Assembly (NCBI GenBank): GCA_050613775.1
Contig: JBODTK010000102.1
Span: forward strand, 62,001 to 126,000
Length of the DNA: 64,000 nt
Source of the DNA: Neocallimastix sp. 'constans'
Lineage: Eukaryota
Direction of reading: 5' to 3'
In this document: positions 13,152 through 24,434 of the stretch, piece by piece
Numbering within the stretch: the first letter of the stretch is position 1
Layout: the number at the start of each line of letters is the position of its first letter
Notes under the pieces: model-generated
Told to the model about the DNA's origin: nothing
The model's database searches: none
Seen by the model: only the letters and a program-made list of their open reading frames with translations
Made by a program: the position numbers and the translations under genes

Positions 13152-13470
13152 ATGAGAAATATAGAACCCTTCAAATCAAACCCGAATTTTAAATTTGTCA
13201 ATCATAATATCATAGAACCTTTAGATATTGAAGAAAAATTAGACCAAGTAAATAATTTAACATATCAGGCATCATCACCTCATTATCAAAAGATCCACTA
13301 TTTTCAATTAATACTTGTTTCATTGGGACGACTAATATGTTAAATCTAGCAAGAAAAAATAATTGTAAAATACTTCAAGCAAGCACTCCTGAAGTTTATG
13401 AGGATCCCTTAGAACATCCTCAAAAAGGAATCATAAAGAAGTCATGTGAATTGTGTTCGAATTAGAAGTT
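13152..13470 (+). pseudogene. UXS1: Internal fragment of UDP-glucuronate decarboxylase (UDP-xylose synthase), frameshifted
   Basis: Stitched frames read NPNFKFVNHNIIEPL..DQV.NL..ASSPHYQ / IGTTNMLNLARKNNCKILQASTPEVYEDPLEHPQK / HVNCVRIRS. This matches the UXS motifs ASPxHYQ, GTxNML and ASTSEVYGDPxxHPQ. Confidence 0.85.
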
Positions 13471-13479
13471 AATTTTGGT

Positions 13480-15660
13480 ATGACTCATTTTAGATACATT
13501 CCAAATGAAACAAATAAATACTATACTACTGAAGAATTAAATAAAAAAATATATTAGAGTAAATGAAATTCAAAAAAATAGACAAAATTCAAATAATCAA
13601 CCAATAAAGAATTTGAATACTTATTACTCCATTTCAAAAGTAATGATCTTTCTTCTAATGCTACAAAAAGTTTATAAATTGATTGATCCATCGACTTCTA
13701 AAGAAACTAATAATTATTCATATATAGAAAATACTAATAAGAAGATAGATAATAGTAAGGTTAATTTCTTTAAATCTATTGATTATTCAAATCTAATTAT
13801 ACATCTAATGTATTTAATTCTGGATTACAAAATTCAAATTCAACAATATTTACTCCAACATCAGATTCATCATTATTCTTTAATTATGATTCACTTCTAT
13901 CTTCTACCTCTTCCATTGTTAATAATAACAATTTTAGTTTAAATAATAATTCATCTTTATTATGTCCAATTGATGAATATTCTAGTTTTAGTACTGCATT
14001 GGTTCCATCTTTTAGTTCTAATAATATATTGTTTTAAAATATAAGTAATCCATTCTCAATGAATAATATGAATAGTAGTAGTAATAGTAATATTAATAAT
14101 TATAATAATTATAATAGCAATAATAATAATTTTAATAATACAAATTTATTATTGAGTGGTGATAGCTCATTTAGAAGCAGTAAAATACTTTCAATAATAA
14201 TAATAATATATTTGAAAATAATTCATTTAATAATAATAATACATTTGGAAGTAATTACTTTTAATAATAATACCACTTTTAGTAATAATTCTTTTAATAA
14301 TAATACTATTAACAACTCATTCAGTGATAATAACATTAACTTTAATTCCTTTGGTAATTCCTTTAGTTCTAGCAATGGACTTAATTTAAGTAATAATTTT
14401 TGTCAAAATAATAGTTATAGTAATAATGCTATTAATAATGCTAATTCATTGGTAACTAGTTCAATGTCAAGTCCCTCTTTATCAATAACAAAATCTCTTT
14501 CATATAATGGAAATTCAAATAATGTTGCATCACTAACTTCATCTGACAACAGTAATAGTAGTAATAATGTAAAATAATAAAATGACATATTCCTCATCTT
14601 TATTGCTAAATAATAATGCTACCGGTAATAGTAACAGTAATAATAATGATTTAACAAATAAATCTTTAGTCCTTAGTACTTATCCAACAAGTCCTGCAAT
14701 TCCTAACTTTAGTAGAAGTCTTAAGCATCTAATTAATTCACCAATTAATTCTTTATTTGGATCGCCATATATGATGAGTTCACCAAATCTCTTTGATAGT
14801 ACTACTACCACGACCAACTTTAATTATAAGAATAATACTAATGGTAATACAAATATTTTAGCAAATACAAGTATAGATTCTAATTTTTTGTATCAGGGGC
14901 ACAAATTCTGGTATTAAACATTCTAATACTTTTAGTGATATGAATTCAAATACAAGAAATATAATCAATAGAGTAAATTCTAATAACTCAATATTTAATT
15001 TGAATGATTTAATTAGTGCTACTAATAGCAATTAGTAAAATTTTAACAGGAAAAATAGTGATAGTAATAATAATAATAATACTCAATCTCCATTTATTTC
15101 AGCATCTTTACATTATTACTAAAGTTTGAATGATTCTACAACATTAAAGAGTTCTTTTTTATCAAATACGACAGGTAATCTATTTAATACACCATTAAGT
15201 GCACCTAGCAATCTATTAAGTTTAAATAATCCACTTGGAACACTTTCTAGTCCAATGAAGACATTAGCATTAGAAGGATCTCCAACACATTCTTCTTCAT
15301 TATCTTCTCATTCTCTGATTGTAACTAATAGAACTTTAGCAGCTTCAAAAATAATTTCATCTTGAAATAATACCAGTTATAGTAATTTTAATAGTATTTC
15401 ATCACATGTAACTTCTCCTCAATTAGTAGGAAGAAATCTTACTGGTAATCAAACTATTCACACTAATACTAAAAATCCATTTGAAGGTATATATTAAGGA
15501 TAAAATGAAAAAAAAAAAAAAAATTAACTCTAATAAAACTTGTATTATTTCAGACGCTGGTGTTTTATTAAAAATAATGTTCATTATTTGGCTTAAAGTT
15601 TCATTGAAGAGCTCTGTAAATAATTTTCACAACAATTGAACAAACAAGAAATAATGGTTT
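13480..15660 (+). pseudogene. Broken Ser/Asn/Pro-rich low-complexity protein-coding relic, product unknown
   Basis: A chain of short same-strand ORFs (14059, 14582, 15126) with S/N/P-rich codons, separated by frameshifts. An intron-like GT..TTTCAG segment lies at ~15487-15552. Confidence 0.5.
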
Positions 15661-16089
15661 TATTAATATTTTAATTCAAAATATAATATCTAAAAATATT
15701 TACACTTTGACAATTAATATTCAAAGCTATAAGAAACTATTTATATCACTAAGAAACTGTTTAAGTTATTAATATTATACAATATAGTGTCAATATTATT
15801 CTAGAATTCAGTTAAAATAAGTTTTTTATTTAATGTGTTTAAAATTTAAATTTTATAAAGAAATTATTAAGTACCAATAAATCGTAAGCACGTAATCAAG
15901 ATTCAAGAATTCATGAAAAAGAAAATGTAAATTTATATAATTAATGAAATATAATGATTAATTTATTAAATTAAAGCTGTCAATGGAATTCAAAAAAAAA
16001 AAAAAAAAAAAAAATATAGAAAAAAGGAACATTCAAATAATCTGACACACCCGAAAATATTGTTTACAAATATGAGCCAGAATGGTCAA

Positions 16090-16820
16090 ACTATCAAAAC
16101 ATGAAATTGTACACCTCTTAGAATTATGACTCCAATTGAAAATGAAGATCTTAGGAAGGTAAAAGTAGATGAAACAAAATATAGAAGCATAATAGGAAAT
16201 TTATTATATCTCAGTATATGTACTAAACCCAATATTATCTTCTCTGTATCAAAAGAAGCTAGAAGAGCAAAGGAACCAAATATGGAAGACTGGAATAACG
16301 TAATGAGAATATTAAGATATTTAAAAGGAACTAAAAAATATGGAATAAATTCACAAATAATCCGAATGTTAAAGCATATGTCGATTCGGATTACGGAGGT
16401 GACTTGGAAACTAGACGTTCAACAACAGGATTCTTAATAGCATTTGGTGGTGCACCAACAAGCTGGTGTTCAAAGTTATAAAATTCCATATCGACTTCAA
16501 CAGCCGAGTCCGAATATTACAGTCTTAGTGAATGGAGTAAACAATGTATATGGTACTTAAATTTATTCGAAGAATTGAACTTAAATATTAAAAATATTAA
16601 AGTAAATGTTGACAATAAAGCAGATATTTATATTGCTAAAAATCAAACTATCAGCCCAAAAACTAAACATGTAGACATTAGGGTTCATTACATAAGAGAA
16701 ATAATCAAAGAAAATAAATTCTATCTTAAATATATAAAATCTGAAAAAAATCTCGCTGATGGGTTTACGAAGTATTTAAATGGAACATTAATGGATAAAT
16801 TTAGAAATTCTTTATGTTAG
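16090..16820 (+). mobile_element. Copia RT C-terminus and RNase H relic
   Basis: YRSIIGNLLYLSICTKPNI, ILRYLKGT, VDNKA..TKHVDIRVHYIRE, NLADGFTK, with frameshifts. Confidence 0.9.
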
Positions 16821-16905
16821 AGTATAAAAAAAATAAATACATAATAATGACTTTAACTTTAATTTAATTTACCCAATCAGAATATTATTATATTTAAATA
16901 AAATT
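16815..16905 (+). repeat. LTR fragment (type A)
   Basis: Homologous to 6601-6685; begins TGTTAGAG. The right end is not defined. Confidence 0.55.
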
Positions 16906-17862
16906 ATAAAAAAATAAAATGTAATTTTGTTAAAAATATACACTTTTGTAATTATAAAAAATAAAGAAAAATAAAATTAAAATATTAAGTATTATATATG
17001 AAATACTACACTAAAAATATATCTAATTTTCTCAATATTTGCTTTTGGCATTTAATATATTCTTTAAAAAAAATGAATTAATTTTTTATTGTTATAGTTA
17101 TTATCTATTATTTTCATTACTATTATTAATAATATTAGATATATAATATGAGAAATAGAAATTAAATGTAATTCAAACGTATTGATAAAATTTTAATATA
17201 AATAATAAATAGTCAATTAGGAAATATAATAATTTATAAAATTATATAAAATAATAAATTATTTCATTTATATACTAAAATACATGAATTGAAAAACTAT
17301 AATAAGTTTTTAATAATTATATAAATTTATTTTTTATAATAATAATAAATTTCCATTATTTAAAGATTTAAATCTTGTTATAAATATCTTAATTAGAAAA
17401 AAAGTTTTAAACTTTGTTATTATAAAATTGAATTAATAAACATATAATTCTTTATCAATTATATATTTCAATTTAAGTTTGGTGAGATGAAAAAATTTTT
17501 CATAATTAATACATTACTGATTTACATTTATATACATTTCTATTTTTATTTTACAAAATAAATGAAATAAATTTTATAACTTTTTAAATATAGATTAAAT
17601 AATAAAAGCAAAAAATAATTTTTTAGATTATATATAAAAATAGATATTTTTTATTTTTATCAAAAGAATTAATAATTATATTATTAAATTTAGTAACAAT
17701 ATATATGAATAAATATTTTTAATATTAAATAAAAAAATTTTAAATATTTTATTAATTTAAAATAAAATGGGTAATACTAATTAATTATTATTTACTAAAA
17801 CATATAAATAATATAAATGTTCCTTTGAATTTAATAAATATTAAATAAATATTATACTAAAA

Positions 17863-19027
17863 ATGTACTATTTTTTAAATTTAATAACTTTTTTTATTAT
17901 AAGTTCAAAATGCCTATCTAGTAAAATTGAAATACCTGGGAGAGAGTCTTCATTGACATTTTTATCGAAAAATAATATGTTTAACTACAATGAGATATCT
18001 AATTTAGTTGTTTTTGGGTAATAATTACTTTTATTTAAATAATTTAAAAAAAAAACTAACTATATATAAATTTCTTTAAATAAATAGAGATTCACATTCA
18101 TATTCTGAAACAAATTTTAAAACAATGGAATCTTCAAAGAAGGTTTACTTTAACTTCTTTATTAATAAGATAATAATTATTTATAATATTTTTAATTAAT
18201 ATGATATTTTTTTAAACAATAAAAAAAGTTACTTGCTAATAGAAAAAATTGGCCAGTACAACTTGCTAATATACATAAAATGAAATTATGGAATTTCGCT
18301 TTAAATGGTTCTGTTGTTACTTTAGAATTGTAATTAATATTTATATAAACTTATTTAAGTTTAAAAAATTATTTTTAATTAATATTTTTTTTTTTTTTAA
18401 AGAGGTTGTGAATTTAGAAAAAAATATAAAGATTTCTTAAAACAATACAATTTATTTTATGAACGAATGAGTCATGGGAAAATATATTTTAATGAATGGA
18501 ATAGTAATAATACATTATTTTCTATATATATGGGATCTAACGATATTAATGATATTAATTTTATTTATAATAATAGAACTATTAATGAAAATATTAATTA
18601 TATAGTTGATATTATCTTTGATAAAATTGAATGTATAAAAGAAATTGGAGGAAATAATTTTTTAATAATTAATATTCCTCCTTTTGATAAAGCTCCAGTT
18701 AACTCTAAAAATAAATATAATTATTTTATAGATGAAATTTTTTTTTTTAACAATTTATTAAATAAGAAAGCTGAAGAATTGTATAAAAAATATAAAGATA
18801 TAAATATTATTATATATAATATTAACAATGAATATAAATATATTATGAAAAATTATAAAAAATATAATTTTATTTCGAGAAATAATGCATGGAAACTAAG
18901 CACAAACAAGGTATTCAGTAATCTTGATGATTATTTTTGGCGAGATAATACTCATATATCCAATAAGGCTAATAGAATCATCGCTGAAGATATAAATGAA
19001 TTACTAATATCTTTAAATAAAAATTAA
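17863..19027 (+). CDS. Secreted SGNH/GDSL hydrolase (CE16-like carbohydrate esterase), 4 exons
   Basis: ATG at 17863 begins the signal peptide MYYFLNLITFFIISSKCLS. Splicing three GT-AG introns gives NLVVFG|DSHS (block I), NWPVQL..LWNFALNGS (block II), YMGSND (block III) and FWRDNTHIS (block V). Confidence 0.88.
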
Positions 19028-19187
19028 GTTTTAGTACGTTGAATGAAAAGAATAATTTTGAAATTTAAAAAAATTATTAATTAAATAATTATATAATGTA
19101 ATATAATATAGATAAATTAGAATTTTTTTCTAATTTTAATTATTATAATAAAAAAATATTTAGTAAAATTATTTTTAAATTATAAAT

Positions 19188-19670
19188 TTATTTTTGATTT
19201 GACATTGTGGCATAATAAATGGAGTAATTATCTATAAAAAAAATTACAGAATTTTTTTTTATACAGGAATGTAATTTTTGTAGTATACCCATTTCATAAT
19301 ATATTTTACTATTTATAATAATATGTTGAATGTGATCAAACTGATAATAAAGGACATAAAATTTTGCCCTTCTCCAATGGTCAATGATTTTTTCATCCTT
19401 AATATCAATGTTTTTTTCTAAAGAAAGAAATCTAAAACTAATTTTTTTTAATTTTATTTTTTTTTTTTTCTTTGATATTCTCTTTTGTAATGATAATTTC
19501 GATTTTTCTATCAAATTATTAATAAAAATTTTAATTTTTACTTGTTGTTATTAATTTTATTAATAAACGTTTTATTAAATTTTATATTTAGAAATAGCAA
19601 TAATGGAATCAATGAATAAAAAAGATATAATTAATAATGTAATAAATAGAAATTTATTATTTATATTCAT
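19188..19670 (-). pseudogene. Disrupted secreted or signal-anchored protein relic
   Basis: ATG at 19670 gives MNINNKFLFITLLIISFLFI, resembling the N-terminus MKISNKFLSITILIFTILFV of the 37495..38619 gene. A stop follows shortly, and coding continues as ORF 19188..19514. Confidence 0.35.
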
Positions 19671-20865
19671 TTATAATTATCTCTAAATATTAAATAAATT
19701 TTTGTAAATAATTTTCTTTTTAATAGTATAAAAATTCCTTTTTTTCCTTTAGAATAAAATTTTTTAAAATTATATTTATATTAATAAATTTACTATTTTT
19801 AATAAATTGGAATTGTATGTGACTAAAATATTGATATAAATTTTAATTATTTCAATCCTAATAATGTGTATTGAAAAGGGTTAGGGTTAGAAAGGAATTA
19901 TTTTTTTATATAAAAAATACAAATAAACTAAAGCTTAGAAAAAAAAATTCTAGAATTTTAATATTTAATTAATATTTTTTAGAAATAAAAATAACTTTCT
20001 TATATTAAAAATATTAGAATCATGTTCAAAATAATAATGTACATTTTTATGTTATTTATAGTTAACATAATACGTGACTTATTATTATTGGTCAAATATT
20101 TTACATGAATATATTAAAATATATATTATTTCTCCTTAAATTAATATAATTATAAAATTTTATATTTATATTTTTAACATTCCTCCTCAAATCTAACTTT
20201 GGATAAAAGTTATAATTGAATAGAAATATAGTGTTTGTATTAAAATATAAAATAATATTTTTGTTTTAATATGATTAAACAAAAAATTATAAATTTATAA
20301 TATTTTAAAAGAGTATGAATGATATTATATTTATATTTTTTATATTAATATTATGTTTTAATATTTTTATTATTTTATAATTTACAACATAATCTCTTTG
20401 GTCTCTTCTTCTTAATATGTTTCATTATCATTATTAATTTTATCATCATTTTCATCATCTAATTATTAATTATTTTAAATATTTTTCTTATTTATTATTT
20501 TATTCATATTTTTTGAAGTATTTATATACTATCTATATTTATAGAATAATTACCATGACTATCTCTAAAATCTATTTCATTAAGGGGTAGATTTGGTTTA
20601 ATATCTAAGTTAACTTCAGAAGATTTTAAGATTTCATTAATTATACTACTTCAATATCATCATATTTTTATTGTCTATCTTCTACATCTCTAATTTCCGT
20701 TGAAAGGAAATGTTTTTGAGCTTTTAACTATTTTTTTTTTATTGTTCATTTATTTTTGTTGTTATATATAAAATATTAATAATTTTTTTTTATCATCAAT
20801 ATATATAATTGATATTATTAATTTTTAAATTAAAATATTTATTTACTAATTTATTTGAATAGATA

Positions 20866-21406
20866 TTAGATAATTAAAAGTCCAGGTGTTTTAAGACGTA
20901 TATGATCATATAAAATACCATCGAATTGATAATTATTAGTATATTAATCAGTCTTATTGGCACATAGAGTAATTTTATTTTCTTCAATTCTGAAATCATT
21001 AGGTCTAATTTTGAATTCTAATTCACTGTAGAATCCTCGAATACCATTGCGGCGAACACAGACATCATCTTTAAAATTGGCAACTTCAGCTGAGTTCTTT
21101 CCTTCATTGATAGAGACTGAAAATAAGGTAGAACAACTAGCTGCAACCGAAACACGTAATTGATGTGTACTTGGATTAAAATTGTTAATAGAGAAATTTG
21201 GACTAATACCTAAAATACTATAAGTCCAAAAAAATAACGACGCTGTAAAATTTCCACGTTATTTAACATATCCTGGTTGACAAACAAATGAATATTATCA
21301 TTTATCTTTTTCAACTTTGACTACTGATTTAGCATCTTACAATAAAGCTTAAGGAGTCTCTGTCTTATTCAAATAAATTAAATATGGTCTATAAACTTTT
21401 GACCAG

Positions 21407-21437
<31 letters not shown>

Positions 21438-22200
21438 TTTCGGATATTCATCTCTTGCACCATAATAGGAACCAGCCATGCATATTATTACTAAGGAATC
21501 ATTTTCACCTTGATGACAAGCAAGATCATAATTATAAACACCTCCATTTTTTCATTCCGCTGATGGATTCACAAACTAACAACCTAAACCATTTTTAGCA
21601 GTTAAATCATGAATATCAGGTTTTAATGCATCAATTGTCCAATCATCTTTATGAATAACTTCACCTGTTTGTATTTTGCAAGTTTCTTTTGGAGCTAAAA
21701 CCTTACAGTTCTTTTGTTGTTCAGGGTTTGGTAAATAACGACCAACATCGTATTCAACTTGTAACCAACTGAATGGATTTCTTTTTAATCTTTAAATTGA
21801 ACAAATTTCACTGAATTGATTATCATGATAATTAACTTTATGATCAAGTTTTAAAGAAAATACTTACTCTTAGAATCATTAAGAATAGTATTATCTAACT
21901 TCCCATTTCGTATTTGATACATTATTAATGAAAGAAATTTTAACATGTTCATTTGTATTCTTAATTGTAAAACTTCTTTCACATGAAAGCCAGATTTTGA
22001 ACTATTAGTATCAATATAGGATCTATTTAAAAAATACTTGATTGTTACTAGCAATCTTTAATAAATAATATAACTATCTTTCTTAGAAATAAAAACACTA
22101 AGGTAGTTATTCTTTAAAATGTATGAATTATTGTTTTGTATCGAATTGACAGCATAAACAATAGAAGCCAAGAAGGTATCATTCAAAAAAGTTTTATGTT
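20866..22200 (-). pseudogene. Rhamnogalacturonan lyase (polysaccharide lyase family 4) relic
   Basis: Stitched frames read GRYLPNPE..TGEVIHKDDW..IHD..FVNPSAE.KNGGVYNYDLACHQG..SYYG..ENWSKVYRPYLIYLN..DAK..RG, then LRVSVAAS..RNGIRGFYSELEF..ENKITL..DGILYDHIRLKTPG. These parallel PL4 motifs such as WKKVFGPVFIYLN, RHGIHGLY and GIMYDYIRLE. The middle domain appears deleted. Confidence 0.82.
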
Positions 22201-23974
22201 AAATAAACTATGAAGGATTCTCTCTTTCTTCTATTTTCTCATTTAATATTTTTCATGGATTAATTTTTAATTATTTTTCATTTAGTGATTATTAGAATAA
22301 AAAAAATAACGTCTTTCTAATTATAATTTATAATCTACAACACAACAAATATATTATTTTTATTTTAAAATTAAAATTTATTTATCAGTAGAATACTTAT
22401 TGTGATTTATTGTACTTTTTATAGTTATCATTTACTTTAATAAGACTTCATATTTCTAACTTACAAAAAATATATGTGCTAATTCCTGGGGCCCTTTAGT
22501 AGATGTATTAATTTATTTTGGCATAAACTTAAACAAAATGGATAAAAATATTTTAAATATTTTAAGATGTTGAATTTTAAATTATAAAATAAATTTGTAA
22601 CAGTTGTAATTAATCCAACTTTTCGTTTTTAAAAGATAATTCCTTAATATTAATCATCTCAATTGCAATAACAACAATTTAAATATAAAACTTTATTTTC
22701 AAATAAGAACTTTTTATTGACTACTTTTAATTTTATTTTTAATAACAGCTGTCGAGGATTGTGACATTCAAATAGTTTCTTATCTATTAATAATGGATAA
22801 TGTATAAATAAATATTAACTATAAATCCTTTTGTGGCTGCATTATATTTAAAAATATAAATAATAAATAAATATTTTTTGTTGTAAATTGAATAATCCAA
22901 AATTTTGTTTCCAAAAAGTGACATTTCTTATTGGTATTCGTATAGAATATCTTTGGTTTCAAAGGAGAGCTTCTTAATATCCACAATTTCAATATTCTTT
23001 CGTCAAAACCATCTTCCCCTGATCAGGTTATTTCAAAACATTTATTTCCATTATTTAGGATCTTTTAAGAATTTATATATTTACATGATTCTATTTTATT
23101 TACAATTTCTAAATTCTTTTCATTGTTTTTAATGTGATTTTATATTTATTCTGTAATAATTCTTTTTAATTTTATTATTTTTCAAATAACTAATAAACAA
23201 ATAGAATTTCATTCTAAAAATCAAATTTAACACTTCAATTTATCAAATAAAACTTATTTTGAATATCGAAATTACATCACATTGAAAAATAAAATCATTG
23301 AATTCTCAATCATAAATAATTTCTTATAGCTTTAAAGATTAATTATCAAAACTTAAAAATATAATTTATTAAATAAATTTTCATAATGATACTTTCAAAG
23401 AATATTGTAAATTCTAAATATCAATTATTAACAAGTAAATATTTCGTTAAAGTTCTTTTTTTTTTAAATCTTTAACATGCATTTGATACATTTGATTTGT
23501 TTTGTTAAAAAATTTAAATAGATATTATTAATTAAAAGTTAGTAATATAATCAATTATACAATTAATAGATCAAATTTTATTTGTTTTATTTTAATTATA
23601 AAACTTTAATTAATATTATTTGTATTGATAAATTGAATTAAAAAAAATATACTCTTGATTTTAATTGGTAAGACAAATATTATATATTAAAGTTTGATAA
23701 TGTTTAATTCTGTTGGATCTTGATTTATTAATTAATATAATTAATTATTTTTAGAATTCTCATTTGAATTTTTATTTATATTTGAATTTAATAAATTGTA
23801 ATTTTTATTATATTAAGTTAAATAATACGAAACTTTATTAAATAAAGTATTAATAATATTTAATTTATTAATAATTTTGATTTAATAAAATTCTAATTAT
23901 TACTTTTCTTTAATTTATTAATTTTTACTCTAATATAATCAATATAATCAGTTGATTATAAATTATTTTTTATC

Positions 23975-24131
23975 ATGATGATGTTAAGTTTGCGTTCTTA
24001 GGGATTTTATCAAGTGTTTCATATACTCTCAAATTTATCATATTGTTGAGTTCATTATCGACTGATTTTAATCATTCGTTTTTATCATTTAAATTAAAGA
24101 TATCGTAATAATTATTTGGTTCATGTAATTC
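23975..24131 (-). pseudogene. Short copia pol relic (start of RT) inside the cargo element
   Basis: ELHEPNNYYDIFNLNDKNE*LKSVDNELNNM..KIPKNAN parallels EPNDFDDIFSLPDKDDWLKAINEELKKM..LPTGAN of the intact element. Confidence 0.75.
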
Positions 24132-24229
24132 TTTTAAATTTTTTTTTTTTTTTTTTTTTTTTGTGATAGTTTTAATTTACTGTATGATGTAAATATATAT
24201 ATTTTGATTGTTAATAATTAACAATAATA

Positions 24230-24434
24230 TTTTCAGTTCAAATTAATTATTTGACTGACCATATAATTTTTCAGTTCAAATTAATTATTTGACTGACCAT
24301 ATAATTTTTCAGTTCAAATTAATTATTTGACTGACCATATAATTTTTCAGTTCAAATTAATTATTTGACTGACCATATAATTTTTCAGTTCAAATTAATT
24401 ATTTGACTGACCATATAATTTTTCAGTTCAAATT
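24230..24434. repeat. Perfect tandem array, 5 x 38 bp plus a partial unit, hairpin-forming
   Basis: The unit cagttcaaattaattatttgactgaccatataattttt starts at 24234, 24272, 24310, 24348 and 24386, with a partial copy at 24424. Confidence 0.95.

Noticed and set aside
19877..19890. Telomere-like GGGTTAGGGTTAG
   Set aside because: It has only about two units and is internal, which is too short to call an interstitial telomere.
24230..24434. CRISPR-like array of palindromic repeats (also 7093-7293)
   Set aside because: The units are head-to-tail with no unique spacers, there are no cas genes, and the context is a eukaryotic retroelement leader.
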